Shown here one piece after another: positions 9,511 through 20,961 of a stretch of 64,000 nucleotides of DNA (positions are counted from its first letter, which is position 1; each line of letters starts with the position of its first letter). This DNA comes from an uncultured Gemmatimonadaceae bacterium (GTDB lineage: Bacteria; Gemmatimonadota; Gemmatimonadetes; Gemmatimonadales; Gemmatimonadaceae): positions 1,888,001-1,952,000 of the forward strand of contig CAVXGK010000002.1 in NCBI GenBank assembly GCA_963761305.1, written 5' to 3'. A program made the position numbers and the translations under genes. The notes under the pieces were generated by a model. It worked only from the letters and a program-made list of their open reading frames with translations. It did no database searches and had not been told where the DNA came from.

Positions 9511-10560
9511 CTACGCCTGGACCGATCGATCGCGTTCGCCCGAGAAGGTCTTGAACAAGAGCCGAAGCGACGGAATCAGGATCAGCGCCCCCGCCGCGAG
9601 CCCGACGAGCAGCAGCTCCAGCGTCTCCGTGGGCGCAGCGCTCTGGCGAATCGTGAGCGTCGGCGGCACGACAAACGGATACTGCGCGAGCGCCCACCCC
9701 CAGAGGATGAGGGTCACCTGCACTGCGGCGGCGAGGCGCGCCACGTGATATCGGCGAGACGCGAGTGTCGCGATCGCGCTCAACGCGGCAATCGCGGTGC
9801 ACAGATGCAGCAGCCCCGCCCATGAGGACGTCGTAATCCCGCTCGCGACGCGAGGCGCCGCGGACCTCGACCCCAAGAGCGACGCCGCCGCGGCGAGCGC
9901 CACAACGATCGCCGACACCAGCGCGCGTCGGCGAAAGTCCTCCTCGAGCGCCGCGTTCTTTGCCGCATGCGCCGAGTAAACCGCCGCCAACATCGCGAAG
10001 AGCGCCAGCGCGAAGAACCCGACGGCGATCGGGTACGGTGCCAACCACGGGTCCACGTACCGCTGCACGAACGGCGCGTCGACCGGGAGACGGGCCGCTC
10101 GACCCACAGCGTCGCTCGAGATCGCGCCGACGACGATGCCAAGGCAGAGCGGCGTCACGATGCTCGCGATCGAGAACACAAGCCCCCACCGCTCGACGAT
10201 CCGCCGCTCCGCGCGCCCGTAACTGCGAAACACGAACGCTGATCCGCGCGCCACGATGCCGAACAGCACGATCGTCAGCGGAATGTGCAGGATCGTCCCG
10301 AGCACGCCGAACGCCGGCGGGAATCCGGTGAACAGCACCACCACGACGACGATCAACCAGACGTGGTTCGCTTCCCAGATCGGCCCGATCGACTCGGCGA
10401 TGAGACGCCGCTGTTCGTCGCGTCGCGGACCGGTCGCCAGCAGATCCCACACGCCGCCGCCGAAGTCCGCGCCGCCGGTGAGCGCGTAGCCGGTGAGCGC
10501 CACCATAATGGCGCCGGCGACGATCTCCGGCAGACCGATCGGGCCGAGCGAGATGCTCAC
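9511..10560 (-). CDS. cydB: Cytochrome bd ubiquinol oxidase subunit II
   Basis: GGADFGGG, GPIWEANHVWLI, ARGSAFVFR; GTG start overlaps cydA stop. Confidence 0.92.
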   Translation of the reverse strand: MSISLGPIGLPEIVAGAIMVALTGYALTGGADFGGGVWDLLATGPRRDEQRRLIAESIGPIWEANHVWLIVVVVVLFTGFPPAFGVLGTILHIPLTIVLFGIVARGSAFVFRSYGRAERRIVERWGLVFSIASIVTPLCLGIVVGAISSDAVGRAARLPVDAPFVQRYVDPWLAPYPIAVGFFALALFAMLAAVYSAHAAKNAALEEDFRRRALVSAIVVALAAAASLLGSRSAAPRVASGITTSSWAGLLHLCTAIAALSAIATLASRRYHVARLAAAVQVTLILWGWALAQYPFVVPPTLTIRQSAAPTETLELLLVGLAAGALILIPSLRLLFKTFSGERDRSVQA

Positions 10561-11849
10561 CTCGTCTCCGCGACCATCGACCGAATGAGCACAAGCACGA
10601 TCGCCGCGAGGCCGATGTAGAGAATCGTGAAGAGGATCATCGGAACCACGACACCGGGCATCGGCGTGACCGAATCGGCCGTGCGGAGAATGCCCTGCAC
10701 CACCCACGGCTGCCGTCCGACCTCGGTCACCGTCCACCCCGCTTCGGTGGCGATGAACCCGAACGGCGTCACGATCGAGAGCGCGCGCAGGAGCTTCCGA
10801 TTCGCCGTGATGTCCTTGCCTCGCGCCAGCGCGACGAGCGACCACGCGGCGACGATCGCCATCAGGCTGCCGAGTGCGACCATGATCTGAAATCCGAAAT
10901 GCACGGGCAGCACCGGCGGCCACAGGTCGCGGTCGAAGTCGGACAAGCCTTTCACCGTCGCGTGCGTGTCGTGGAACGCCAGCAGCGACAACGCGCGTGG
11001 AATCTCGATCGCGAAGCGAGTTCGCCGGGCGTCGACGTCGGGCCAACCGCCGATCCGCGCTGGCGCGCCGGCCTGCGTGTCGAATTGTCCCTCGAGCGCG
11101 GCGAGCTTGATCGGCTGCGTTCGCGCGACGATGCGCGCGCTCAAATCGCCCGACAACGGCTGCACAACCGCCGCCGGCGCACCGACGGCGAGCGCCGCCG
11201 CGAGCGCCGCGCCGTGAAACTTGCGCGTGCTGCCGCGAAGCAGCATCGCCGCGTGAATGCCCGCGACGGCGATTCCCGTCGCGGCGTACGCGGCGAGCAC
11301 CATGTGCACCGCCTGCTGCAGCGTCGACGGGTTGAGCATTCCCGCGATCGGATCGACGGCGGCGATGTGTCCGCCCACCATTGTCACGCCGCGCGGCGTG
11401 TTCATCCACGCGTTCACCATCACGACGAACACCGCCGACGCCATCCCGCTGATCGCCACCACCACGCCCGCGAACAGGTGCATCCTCGGCGACACGCGCT
11501 CCCACCCGTACAGGTAGATGCCGAGGAAGATCGCTTCGGTGAAGAACGCGAACCCTTCGAGCGAGAACGGAATTCCGATGATCGGTCCGGCGAATTCCAT
11601 GAAACGCGGCCACAGCAGACCGAGCTCGAACGAGAGCACGGTGCCCGACACCGCGCCGATCGCGAACAGAAGCGCCGTCCCTTTCGCCCAGCGCTTGGCG
11701 AGCTCGAGCCACACAGCGTCGCCCGTCTTCCGCCAGCGCCATTCGGCGAGCACCATCATTGCCGGCATGGCGATGCCGATCTCGGCAAAGATGATATGGA
11801 AGCCGAGTGAGATGGCCATCTGCGCGCGAGCGGCGAGCAGGTTCGACAC
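10557..11849 (-). CDS. cydA: Cytochrome bd ubiquinol oxidase subunit I (short Q-loop)
   Basis: FHIIF, GAVSGTVLSFE, NAWMNTP, QPIKLAALEG, GWTVTEVGRQPW. Confidence 0.95.
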   Translation of the reverse strand: MSNLLAARAQMAISLGFHIIFAEIGIAMPAMMVLAEWRWRKTGDAVWLELAKRWAKGTALLFAIGAVSGTVLSFELGLLWPRFMEFAGPIIGIPFSLEGFAFFTEAIFLGIYLYGWERVSPRMHLFAGVVVAISGMASAVFVVMVNAWMNTPRGVTMVGGHIAAVDPIAGMLNPSTLQQAVHMVLAAYAATGIAVAGIHAAMLLRGSTRKFHGAALAAALAVGAPAAVVQPLSGDLSARIVARTQPIKLAALEGQFDTQAGAPARIGGWPDVDARRTRFAIEIPRALSLLAFHDTHATVKGLSDFDRDLWPPVLPVHFGFQIMVALGSLMAIVAAWSLVALARGKDITANRKLLRALSIVTPFGFIATEAGWTVTEVGRQPWVVQGILRTADSVTPMPGVVVPMILFTILYIGLAAIVLVLIRSMVAETR

Positions 11850-11888
11850 GCGAATAAGTTTAAGGCAACCCGACGAGGCCGACGCAAA

Positions 11889-12854
11889 ATGTCTGAGATC
11901 ACCGGGATTCACCACATCACCGCCATCGCCGGTGACGCGCAGGAAAACCTCGACTTCTATACCAATGTGTTTGGCATGCGCCTCGTCAAACGCAGCGTGA
12001 ACCAGGACGATCCCGGCACCTATCACCTGTTCTACGCCGACGCCGACGGACACCCCGGCACCGATCTCACCTTCTTTCCGTTCCGGTTCTCGGCGCCGGG
12101 GCACCTGGGCGCCGGGCTTGGCGTGGAGATCGACCTTGCGATTCCCAAGGGAAGCCTCGAGTACTGGACGGAACGCCTCGCCGACCTCGGCGCCAATGTG
12201 AGCGGGACCGAGACTCGCCGCGGCGATCGCGCGATCAAGCTCACCGATCCGCACGGACAGCATCTCGCCCTCGTCGAAGCGCCGGAGCGGCGCGACTTCG
12301 CGGCATGGGACCGGAGCCCTGTCCCCGCCGACAAACAGGTCATCGGGTTACACTCGGTCCGCCTCTGGGAGCGCGACAAAGACGAGACCGCCTCGTTTCT
12401 CGCCGAAGTGCTCGGATTTCAGAGTTTCGGTGAGGAAGACGGGTGGCATCGGTTCGGCGTCGGCTCGGGAAAATCCGGCGAGTTCCTCGAGCTTCGCGAG
12501 ATGCCGAACGAGCGACGCGGCGCGTGGGGCATTGGGACGATGCACCACGTCGCGTGGCGCGTCGCCGACGAATCGGTCGAGCTCAGAGTCCGCGAGCGCA
12601 TCGAGAAAGCCCATCGCCGGCCGACCGAAGTGATCGACCGGTTCTGGTTCAAGTCCGTCTACTTTCTCGAGCCGGGCGGCGTGCTGTTCGAGCTGGCGAC
12701 CGAAGGTCCCGGCTTCACCGCCGACGAGCCGCTCGAGCACCTCGGCGAGACACTCGTGCTCCCGCCATGGCTCGAGCAGCACCGGGCGCAGATCGAGTCT
12801 GCGCTCCCGGTGCTGAGCACGTCCGCTACGGCTTCTTCAACTCGACGGACTTAG
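11889..12854 (+). CDS. Ring-cleaving dioxygenase / glyoxalase (MhqO-like VOC family)
   Basis: [48 protein letters not shown]. Confidence 0.92.
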   Translation: MSEITGIHHITAIAGDAQENLDFYTNVFGMRLVKRSVNQDDPGTYHLFYADADGHPGTDLTFFPFRFSAPGHLGAGLGVEIDLAIPKGSLEYWTERLADLGANVSGTETRRGDRAIKLTDPHGQHLALVEAPERRDFAAWDRSPVPADKQVIGLHSVRLWERDKDETASFLAEVLGFQSFGEEDGWHRFGVGSGKSGEFLELREMPNERRGAWGIGTMHHVAWRVADESVELRVRERIEKAHRRPTEVIDRFWFKSVYFLEPGGVLFELATEGPGFTADEPLEHLGETLVLPPWLEQHRAQIESALPVLSTSATASSTRRT

Positions 12855-14563
12855 CGGCGTCGCCTCGCGCCGCCATCATCGAGTCGCGACGCGCCTTGAA
12901 CTCGGTGCCCGGCTTCCACTGGGGAATGTCCGGCACCTGAGCGACGCCGAATCCCACACGGAAGAGCGTCGCCATGTCCTGCACGGCGCCGCTCAAATCC
13001 CAGTCGGGCTTTACCTCGTCCGACACGGAGTGGTAGTCGTTGTTCGTGTACTCGTCGCGCTTCTGCATTCCGTAACCCGCCGGCTTCCCGATGTAGTCGA
13101 TGCCGGCGTCGGTATCGAGAGCCGGCACGCCGACTTTCGCGAACTCGAAATGGTCGGAACGATAGTAGAAGCCCTTCTCCGGCTCAGCGTCCGGACGAAC
13201 GACGCGATTCTCGCTCTTGAGAACGTCCTCCAGCACGTCGTCGAGCGTCGAGTTGCCGAGCCCGATCACCGTGAGGTCCTTGGTTTTCCCCCACTGGTTG
13301 ACGCCGTCGATATTGATGTTGGCGACGGTGTTGGTGAGCGGATACAGCGGATGCGTCGCGTAGTACTTCGAGCCGACCAGTCCCTTCTCTTCCGCCGTCA
13401 CCGAGAGGAACAGGATCGACCGGCGCGGATGCGTCAGGCAGCTTGGTGAACGCTTTCGCGATCTGGAGCAGCGCCGAGCTGCCGCTCGCGTTGTCGATCG
13501 CGCCGTTGAAGATCTGATCGCCCTTGAGCGTCGTGTCCCTGCCGAGGTGGTCCCAGTGCGCGGAGTAGACGACGTACTCGTCCTTCTTGTCGGTGCCGAT
13601 GAGTTTGGCGACGACGTTGTGCGACTGAATCTTCCGAACGTCGATCTTCACGTCGAACGTCGCCTTCGCTTTGAGCGGCACCGGCTTGAACGCCTTGGTC
13701 GCCGCGGCGGCCTTGAGTGAATCGAAGTTCTGTCCGGCGTCGCGAAGCAGCTCCTTCGCCTTGTCGAGCGTGATCCAACCTTCGACCGGCACGCGCTTCT
13801 CGGCGTCGGGCGAGATGACGTCGAACTGCTCCTGCGAGTTGCTGCTGCTCACGACGCCGTACGGATAGCCGGCCGGTCCCGTCTCGTGGATGATGATCGC
13901 CGCCGCCGCGCCTTTCTCCGACGCGATCTCGTACTTGTACGTCCAGCGGCCGTAGTACGTCATCGCGCGGCCCTTGAACATCGTCGTGTCGAGCAGCGTG
14001 TCGCCGGCGACGCGCACCGGCGGATCGTTGACGAGCATGAGAATCGTCTTGCCCTTCACGTCCACACCCTTGTAATCGTCCCAGCCGTACTCCGGCGCGA
14101 CGACGCCGTAGCCGACGAACACGATGTCGGACTTGTCGATCTTCGTCTCGGGGCGATCGTGCCGCGAGTTCGCGATGAAATCCGCCGGATACTTGAGCGC
14201 GATCGTCTTGCCGCCGGCCGAGAACGACGCGGTCGGATGCGCCTTGTAGCCGATCAGGTCGACGTTCTGTAGATAGCTGCCGTCCGGATTGCCCGGCTCG
14301 AGACCCAGCGCCTTGAACTGCCCTTGCATATAGGCGATCGCCTTCGCTTCGCCGGGTGTGCCGGGCGCACGCCCTTCCATCGAATCGGCGGACAAGTCTT
14401 CGATGTGCTGCAGCAGTCCGTTCGCGGTGATCGCCTGCGCGGCGGAATCGGTGGCGGCGCCGGACGTATTCGCGGAAGACTTGTCGGCGACGGTGCACGC
14501 CGCGGCGGCGCAGCAGAACGCGATGGCGACGCGACGTAGTTGAGTGACGGGATGCTGGGCCAC
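12826..14563 (-). CDS. M28 aminopeptidase with PA domain, lipoprotein; frameshift at about 13430
   Basis: AHWDHLG and GAIDNASG in one frame; [27 protein letters not shown] in the next; start approximate. Confidence 0.85.
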
Positions 14564-14669
14564 GGGAACGGAATCGGTAAGGGTTGCGCGAGTCACGGCT
14601 CGTCGCGGGAGCGTCCCACGACAGCTATCATGCAGAATGTAGCCCACGGTACACCTCACTCGATACGTC

Positions 14670-15143
14670 GTGCCCGCCACGCATTCGTACCTCACGCAAA
14701 TCGTCTGGACCGGGAATCGCGGTTCCGGCACGAGCGCTTATCGCGCCTACGATCGCGCGCATGAGATCCGGTCGGCGGGCAAGCCGCCGCTTCTCTGCTC
14801 GTCCGAGCCGTCGTTTCTCGGCGACCGTTCGCGCTACAACCCCGAAGAGCTGCTCGTCGCGTCGCTCTCGGCGTGTCACATGCTCTGGTACCTGCATCTC
14901 GCGGCGGACAACGGGATCGTGGTCGTCGACTATCGTGACGACGCGACGGGAACGATGGTCGAGACGCGCGACGGCGCCGGCAAGTTCACCGAAGTCACGC
15001 TGCATCCCGTGGTGACGCTGCAAGGGAGCGCCGACAAGGATCTCGCCGCGCGGCTTCACCATCGCGCGCACGAGCTGTGCTACATCGCGAGCAGCGTCGC
15101 GTTTCCCGTCGGCTGCGAACCGCGATTCGTTTGCCAAGCGTGA
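14670..15143 (+). CDS. OsmC/Ohr-family protein
   Basis: NPEELLVASLSACHMLWYL ... AHELCYIASSV. Confidence 0.9.
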   Translation: MPATHSYLTQIVWTGNRGSGTSAYRAYDRAHEIRSAGKPPLLCSSEPSFLGDRSRYNPEELLVASLSACHMLWYLHLAADNGIVVVDYRDDATGTMVETRDGAGKFTEVTLHPVVTLQGSADKDLAARLHHRAHELCYIASSVAFPVGCEPRFVCQA

Positions 15144-16399
15144 GAATCCCGGCGCCCGCGCGCGCCATGCTTGGACTCGCGCTCGGTTTGATCACGGGCG
15201 GCGTGATCGCGTGGAGCGGATCGTCGGCTGGACTCGCGTTCGCGTCGTTCGTCGAACCCATCGGCACGATCTGGGTGAACGCGCTGCGAATGACGGTGGT
15301 GCCGCTCGTCGCGTCGCTGCTCATCGCGACGCTCGCCTCTGGACATGACGTGCGCTCCTTCGGCCGGCTGGGGCGCCGCGCGCTCGCCGTCTTTTTCGCT
15401 CTTCTCATCGCGATCGCCGTTTTCGGCATTCTCACCGTGCCGCCGGTTTTTTCGCTGCTGCACATCGATTCCGCCGCGGCCGCATCGCTGCGCGCGAGTG
15501 TCGCCGAAGCGCCGCTGGTGCAACCGCCCGGCTTCGGGCAATGGGTCGCCGGACTCGTCCCGGCCAACGTGGTGAAGGCCGCCGCCGACGGCGTCATGCT
15601 GCCGATCATCGTCTTCGCGTCGCTGCTCGGGCTCGGCTTGGCGAAACAGTCGCCTGGCACGCCGCGATTCGTCGGCGTCCTGCGCGCGATATCCGACGCG
15701 ATGATCCAGATCGTACGATGGGTGCTGCTGTTCGCGCCCGTCGGTGCGTTCGCGCTGGCCGTACCGCTGGCGATCCACCTCGGCAACACGGCGGCCGGCG
15801 CGATCGCGTTCTACCTCGCCGCGATGGTGGGGTTTCACGCGGTGATGGCCGCGATCCTCTACATCGCCGTGCCGCTCATCACGCACACCCCGCTTTCGCG
15901 ATTCGCGCGTGCGCTGCTCCCGGCGCAGGTCGTCGTGGTGAGCACCCGGTCGTCGCTCGCGGCGCTTCCGGCGATGCTCGAAGGCGCGCAGCGCGAGCTC
16001 GAGATCTCGCCCGAAGTTGCCGGCTTCGTGATCCCCTTGGGCGTCGCGCTGCTGCGCGCCAACATCGCGATGTCCTGGATCATCCAGGTCTACTTTCTCG
16101 CCAAGCTGTACGGCGTCTCGGTGAGCGCCGGTGCCGTGCTCGCCATCGCGGTCGGTTCCATCGCGTTCAGCTTCAGCGTGCCCGGGATTCCGAGCGGCGG
16201 CTTGCTGATCGCGGCACCCTACCTCCCCAGCTTCGGACTGCCGACTCAGGCGATCGGCATTCTCATCGCCCTCGACGCGATCCCCGACATCTTCAAGACC
16301 CTGCTCAACGTCACCGCGCACGTGTCGAGCGCACTCGTCGTCGCACGACTCGACTGGGCGCCCCAAAGCGTCGAGGCGCCCGCTCCCGTCAGCGGGTGA
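15140..16399 (+). CDS. Dicarboxylate/amino acid:cation symporter (DAACS)
   Basis: STRSSLAALP, FVIPLG, PGIPSGG, DIFKTLLNVTAH. Confidence 0.88.
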   Translation: MRIPAPARAMLGLALGLITGGVIAWSGSSAGLAFASFVEPIGTIWVNALRMTVVPLVASLLIATLASGHDVRSFGRLGRRALAVFFALLIAIAVFGILTVPPVFSLLHIDSAAAASLRASVAEAPLVQPPGFGQWVAGLVPANVVKAAADGVMLPIIVFASLLGLGLAKQSPGTPRFVGVLRAISDAMIQIVRWVLLFAPVGAFALAVPLAIHLGNTAAGAIAFYLAAMVGFHAVMAAILYIAVPLITHTPLSRFARALLPAQVVVVSTRSSLAALPAMLEGAQRELEISPEVAGFVIPLGVALLRANIAMSWIIQVYFLAKLYGVSVSAGAVLAIAVGSIAFSFSVPGIPSGGLLIAAPYLPSFGLPTQAIGILIALDAIPDIFKTLLNVTAHVSSALVVARLDWAPQSVEAPAPVSG

Positions 16400-16928
16400 G
16401 CAGCTTGCTGGTCAGCTCCTGCATTCGCTGCTCCAGGTTTCCCTTGGTCGAGCAGCGAAAGGGCTCCTGCGCGAAAGCCAACGGCCGCGCCGACGCCTCG
16501 AGGTTGATCGTCATCGACGTGGCGCCGGCCGCCGCGGCAGTGAGCGTCGCCGTCACGGTGAGCGTGACGTCATATGACTCGGCGTTGGGACCGATCTGCG
16601 TCATGCCGCAGTCGATGTAGCGGCCGAGTCCAACCTTTCCGAGCTTGCCGCGCAGCTTGAATCCGTTGTTGCCGATCGTGTGCGTCTGAGGATCCAGCTC
16701 CGACACCGGGACCGCGATCGAGTCGAAGACGGCCGGCAGGACCTTCCACACGCGATCGACCGACGCCGCGTACTCGTGCGTCGAAAGCCCCGAAACGGGA
16801 GCGATGGCCAACGAGCCGCCTGAACCCGGGACCACGACGTGCTGCTCCACGGGACCCGGACCGGGTGTCGGCGTCCCCCCGGCACACGCCAGCGCCGACG
16901 TCAAGCCAACGATCAGTACTCGTCGCAT
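16389..16928 (-). CDS. Hypothetical lipoprotein
   Basis: AGGAGAGG RBS; lipobox ALAC; YIDCG...FRCSTKG Cys pair. Confidence 0.7.
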   Translation of the reverse strand: MRRVLIVGLTSALACAGGTPTPGPGPVEQHVVVPGSGGSLAIAPVSGLSTHEYAASVDRVWKVLPAVFDSIAVPVSELDPQTHTIGNNGFKLRGKLGKVGLGRYIDCGMTQIGPNAESYDVTLTVTATLTAAAAGATSMTINLEASARPLAFAQEPFRCSTKGNLEQRMQELTSKLLTR

Positions 16929-16959
16929 GTCCTCTCCTCGAGGGATTCACAGGACAAAC

Positions 16960-16999
16960 TTGGACCGGTGGGCCGGTAGACCGTTAGACCGGTCCACCG
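16960..16999. repeat. Degenerate octamer tandem repeat (GTGGACCG-like)
   Basis: ttggaccg gtgggccg gtagaccg ttagaccg gtccaccg; intergenic. Confidence 0.6.
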
Positions 17000-17005
17000 C
17001 TCGGA

Positions 17006-18322
17006 TCAGGGCGTGGCCTTGGCGCCGTGGTCGAGCTGCTCGATCGTGGCTTGCGAGGGCTTGGTAGTCGCTCGGAGCTTCGCGGACACGCTTTCAGCCT
17101 GGGCCAACACGCGCAGCACGTTTCCGTTCGCAAGCTTGGCGAGATCGGCGTCGCTCCATCCGCGCCGCGCCAGCTCGGCGAACAGCGACGGGAATTTCGA
17201 GACGTCCTCGAGACCGACGACCGTCTCGGTGATGCCATCCAGATCGCTGCCGATGCCGACGTGATCGACGCCGGCGACTTTGCGTACGTGGTCGATCTGG
17301 TCCGCGACGTCGGAGATCGTCGCCTTCGGCCGAACGTGCGCCGCGCGCCACGCGGCGACGTCCTTCTTCACCGCGGCGCTGTCGCGCGGATGGCGTTTGG
17401 TGGCGGCGGCGGTCTCGGCTTCGAGCGCGTCGTCGTCCGCCTTCACCGCCGCCGACACGAACGAATTCACGAACGGCACCATCACCACGCCGCCGTTCTT
17501 CGGCACCCGCGCGAGGATCGAATCCGGCACGTTGCGGCGATGATCCACCAGCGCCCGCGCACCCGAGTGCGAGAAGATCACCGGCGCTTGAGTCACGTCG
17601 AGCGCGGCGCTCATCGTGCCCGGCGACACGTGCGACAGGTCCACGAGCATGCCGAGCCGATTCATCTCGCGCACGACTTCGCGGCCGAACGGCGTGAGTC
17701 CGTGATGTTTGGCCGTGTCGAGCGCTGCGTCGGCCCAATCGAGCGTCACATTGTGGGTGAGCGTCATGTAGCGTGCGCCGAGCTCGTAGTATGATCGAAG
17801 AACGGGGAGCGAATTCTCGATCGCGTGCCCGCCCTCGAGGCCGAGCAACGACGCGATCTTGCCCTTCGCCATCGCCGCCTTGGCCTGCGACGCAGTCGGC
17901 GTCCACGCCAGCTCGGGATACTTGGCGATGACGCGCTTGGCAATGTCGAACTGCTCGAGCTGGACGCGCGCGTAGCCGGGCACGCTCGCGACCGAGCCCT
18001 TGGACTTGTACGCCGGGTCGGTCGGTTCGCCCGGCGTGTAGATCGACCAGAATTGTGCGCCCACATGTCCGGCTTTGAGCCGAGGCAGGTCTGTCATGCC
18101 CGGCGTCCGCTTGCGCAGATCGTATGCGTCCACGTCCATCGGATGCGCGGAGTCTTCGCGAATTCGCCAGGGGAGGTCGTTGTGCCCGTCCATCACCGGC
18201 GTGGCCTTCAGCACGCGCAGCGCGCGCGCCATGTTCGAATCGGTCGGCGCCTGAGCGGTCATTGGCCTGGCAAAGCAGAGAGCCGCCGCGAAGATTGGAA
18301 TCAGCCGGAGGGAATCGCGCAT
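17006..18322 (-). CDS. Membrane dipeptidase (M19)
   Basis: DGHNDLPW, GLEGGH, YMTLTH, VDLSH, IFSHS, GIGSDLDG; signal peptide. Confidence 0.93.
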   Translation of the reverse strand: MRDSLRLIPIFAAALCFARPMTAQAPTDSNMARALRVLKATPVMDGHNDLPWRIREDSAHPMDVDAYDLRKRTPGMTDLPRLKAGHVGAQFWSIYTPGEPTDPAYKSKGSVASVPGYARVQLEQFDIAKRVIAKYPELAWTPTASQAKAAMAKGKIASLLGLEGGHAIENSLPVLRSYYELGARYMTLTHNVTLDWADAALDTAKHHGLTPFGREVVREMNRLGMLVDLSHVSPGTMSAALDVTQAPVIFSHSGARALVDHRRNVPDSILARVPKNGGVVMVPFVNSFVSAAVKADDDALEAETAAATKRHPRDSAAVKKDVAAWRAAHVRPKATISDVADQIDHVRKVAGVDHVGIGSDLDGITETVVGLEDVSKFPSLFAELARRGWSDADLAKLANGNVLRVLAQAESVSAKLRATTKPSQATIEQLDHGAKATP

Positions 18323-18468
18323 TTCCGTTTTCAGTGCCTCGAGAAGCCCGTGCGCTTTGTATGCGGTCGGGCGGTAAGAGGCCGAACCTACCTGCACTTC
18401 CGCCGGTTTTCCACCCGCAATAAGGGCCGCGACGCAACGATCGGGCGTCAACGGTTGTCAGAGTGGAC

Positions 18469-20955
18469 ATGACCTTCGAGAGCTTCGGGCAGGACCTCAA
18501 ATACGCACTGCGGGGTTTGCGCCTCAAACCCGCCTTCGCCGTCGCGGTCATCGGCACGATCGGACTCGGCATTGGCGCGAACGCGTCGATGTTCGGAATC
18601 GTCGATCGCCTGCTCTTCCGCCCGCCGAACCTCATGCGCGACCCCGTCACCGCCCATCGCGTCTACGGGTATCAGACGTTTCGCGGCAAGGAGGACATTA
18701 GGTATGGCGGCCAGTACGCGCGCTACAAAGACTTCGAGCGCTGGACCACCTCCTTCTCGAGTGTCGCCGGCTACTCATCACGCCAGATCGCCGTCGGCGT
18801 CGGCGACGCGGCGAGAGAGATGCAAGTCGGCGTCGTCAGCGCCAACTTCTTCGGCTTCTTCGACGCTCCGCCCGAGCTCGGCCGGTATTTCACCGCCGCC
18901 GAAGACTCGACGCCCAACGGCACGACGGTGGCCGTGTTGAGCGACGTGGCATGGCAGACCCAGTACGGCAGCCGGCGCGACATTCTCGGCACAAAGGTCC
19001 AGATCGGCCCCGCCGCGTACACGATCATCGGCGTCTCGCCTCCAGGCTTCGTCGGGCTTTGGGCTGACCAGCCCCCCGCGTTCTTCATTCCGATTACCAA
19101 CTACGGTGCGCTCTCCGCCCAGAACACGCTCCGATCCAAGACTTGGTATAAGACATACAGTTGGGGCTGGATGTCGATCATCGTGCGACGCAAACCCGGC
19201 GTTTCGATCGCGCGGGCGAACGCGGATCTCACCCAAGCCCTGGTCAAGAGCTACCTGGCGCAGATCGAGGAACAGCCGCGGGTCCAGCCGATCGCGCTGG
19301 CGCGGCCCCGCGCCATCGTCGGATCGATCATCGCCGAGCGTGGACCGAGCGAGTCGCCCGTGGCGAAAGTCGCGACGTGGATCGGGGGCGTGTCGCTGAT
19401 CGTGCTGCTGATCGCCTGCGCGAACGTGGCGAACCTGCTCCTCGCGCGCGCCATCCGCCGGCGTCGAGAGATCGCGCTGCGCCTCGCGATGGGCGTCGGC
19501 CGCGCGCGGCTCGTGTCGCAGCTCCTCACCGAAACGCTCGTGCTCGCGCTCCTCGGCGGCGTCACCGGGCTGCTCGTCGCCCATTGGGGCGGCTCCGTGC
19601 TGCGGTCGGTCGTGCTGGACCAGAGTTCGGCACCCGCCGGCCTTCGCGATCCGCGGACCGTGATCTTCGCGATCGGCGCCGCGATCTTCGTGGGTCTTCT
19701 CACCGGACTCGCACCCATTCTCCAGGCCGGGCGGGCGGATCTCACGGCGGACCTCAAGTCGGGGTCGCGCGAGGGGACGTTCCATCGATCGCGCGCCCGC
19801 GTCGTTTTGCTCGTGCTGCAAGGCGCACTCTCGGTGGTACTGCTCGTCGGCGCCGGGCTCTTCGTTCGCAGTCTCGAGAACGTGAACGCGGTGCGGCTCG
19901 GCTACGACGTCGACCCGGTGCTGCTGGTCGATCTCAACATGCGCGGCGAGAATCTGGACAGCGTCGCCGCGATCGGCCTGCGCCAGCGTCTTCTCCAGGC
20001 GGTGACGACGATTCCGGGCGTCACGCACGCGAGCGCGCAGGTTTCAGTCCCGTTCTGGAGCACGTGGAGCCTCAACTTGTACGTCGCGGGCATCGACACG
20101 GTCGGCAAGCTCGGACAGTTCAACCTGAACGCCGTCTCGCCGGATTTCTTCCCGACGTTCGGGACGCGCCTCCTGCGTGGACGCGGCATCGGCCCGCAGG
20201 ACGTCGAGAACGCGCCGCGGGTGATGGTCGTGAGCGAGGCCATGGGCCAGACGTTGTGGCCGGGCAAGGATCCGATCGGGCAATGCGTCCGCATCAGCGC
20301 CGACACGATGCCCTGCACCTACGTCGTCGGCGTCGCCGAGAACATCAAACAACAAAGCCTCGGCGTAGATTCGGCATTATATAATTATTATATGCCCGCC
20401 ACCCAGTTCAATCCGAATCAGGGCGGCTTGTTCGTGCGGGTGAAGGGGAACGCGGCCCGAGCGGCCGACGGCATTCGCCGCCAGCTGCAGCGGGAGATGC
20501 CCGGCGCCTCCTACATCACGACCACGCCGATGGAGAAGATCCTCGGGAGCCGAACGCGGTCGTGGCACCTGGGAGCGACGCTCTTCGTGGTGTTCGGCGT
20601 GCTCGCCCTCGCCATCGCGGCCATCGGCTTGTACAGCGTGATCGCCTACAACGTCGCGCAGCGGACCCACGAGCTCGGCGTCCGCGGAGCGCTCGGCGCG
20701 CAGGCGTCCGATCTGATTCGCCTCGTCGTCACCGACGGCCTCCGCGTCGCCATCCTCGGCGTGGCCATCGGCGCCGCGGTCGCGCTCTACGCGGCGCGAT
20801 GGGTCAAGCCGCTGCTGTTCGAAGAGTCACCCACCGATCCCCTGGTCTTCGGCGCGGTCGTCGCCGTGCTGGTGGCGACGGCGGTCGCCGCAAGCTGGCT
20901 GCCCGCCTTGCGCGCCTCGAAGGTGGATCCGAACGTAGCCCTCAGGTCGGAGTGA
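18469..20955 (+). CDS. ADOP-type duplicated ABC permease
   Basis: QDLKYALRGL, ACANVANLLLAR, QRTHELGVR, ALRSE end. Confidence 0.92.
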   Translation: MTFESFGQDLKYALRGLRLKPAFAVAVIGTIGLGIGANASMFGIVDRLLFRPPNLMRDPVTAHRVYGYQTFRGKEDIRYGGQYARYKDFERWTTSFSSVAGYSSRQIAVGVGDAAREMQVGVVSANFFGFFDAPPELGRYFTAAEDSTPNGTTVAVLSDVAWQTQYGSRRDILGTKVQIGPAAYTIIGVSPPGFVGLWADQPPAFFIPITNYGALSAQNTLRSKTWYKTYSWGWMSIIVRRKPGVSIARANADLTQALVKSYLAQIEEQPRVQPIALARPRAIVGSIIAERGPSESPVAKVATWIGGVSLIVLLIACANVANLLLARAIRRRREIALRLAMGVGRARLVSQLLTETLVLALLGGVTGLLVAHWGGSVLRSVVLDQSSAPAGLRDPRTVIFAIGAAIFVGLLTGLAPILQAGRADLTADLKSGSREGTFHRSRARVVLLVLQGALSVVLLVGAGLFVRSLENVNAVRLGYDVDPVLLVDLNMRGENLDSVAAIGLRQRLLQAVTTIPGVTHASAQVSVPFWSTWSLNLYVAGIDTVGKLGQFNLNAVSPDFFPTFGTRLLRGRGIGPQDVENAPRVMVVSEAMGQTLWPGKDPIGQCVRISADTMPCTYVVGVAENIKQQSLGVDSALYNYYMPATQFNPNQGGLFVRVKGNAARAADGIRRQLQREMPGASYITTTPMEKILGSRTRSWHLGATLFVVFGVLALAIAAIGLYSVIAYNVAQRTHELGVRGALGAQASDLIRLVVTDGLRVAILGVAIGAAVALYAARWVKPLLFEESPTDPLVFGAVVAVLVATAVAASWLPALRASKVDPNVALRSE

Positions 20956-20961
20956 CCCCCG

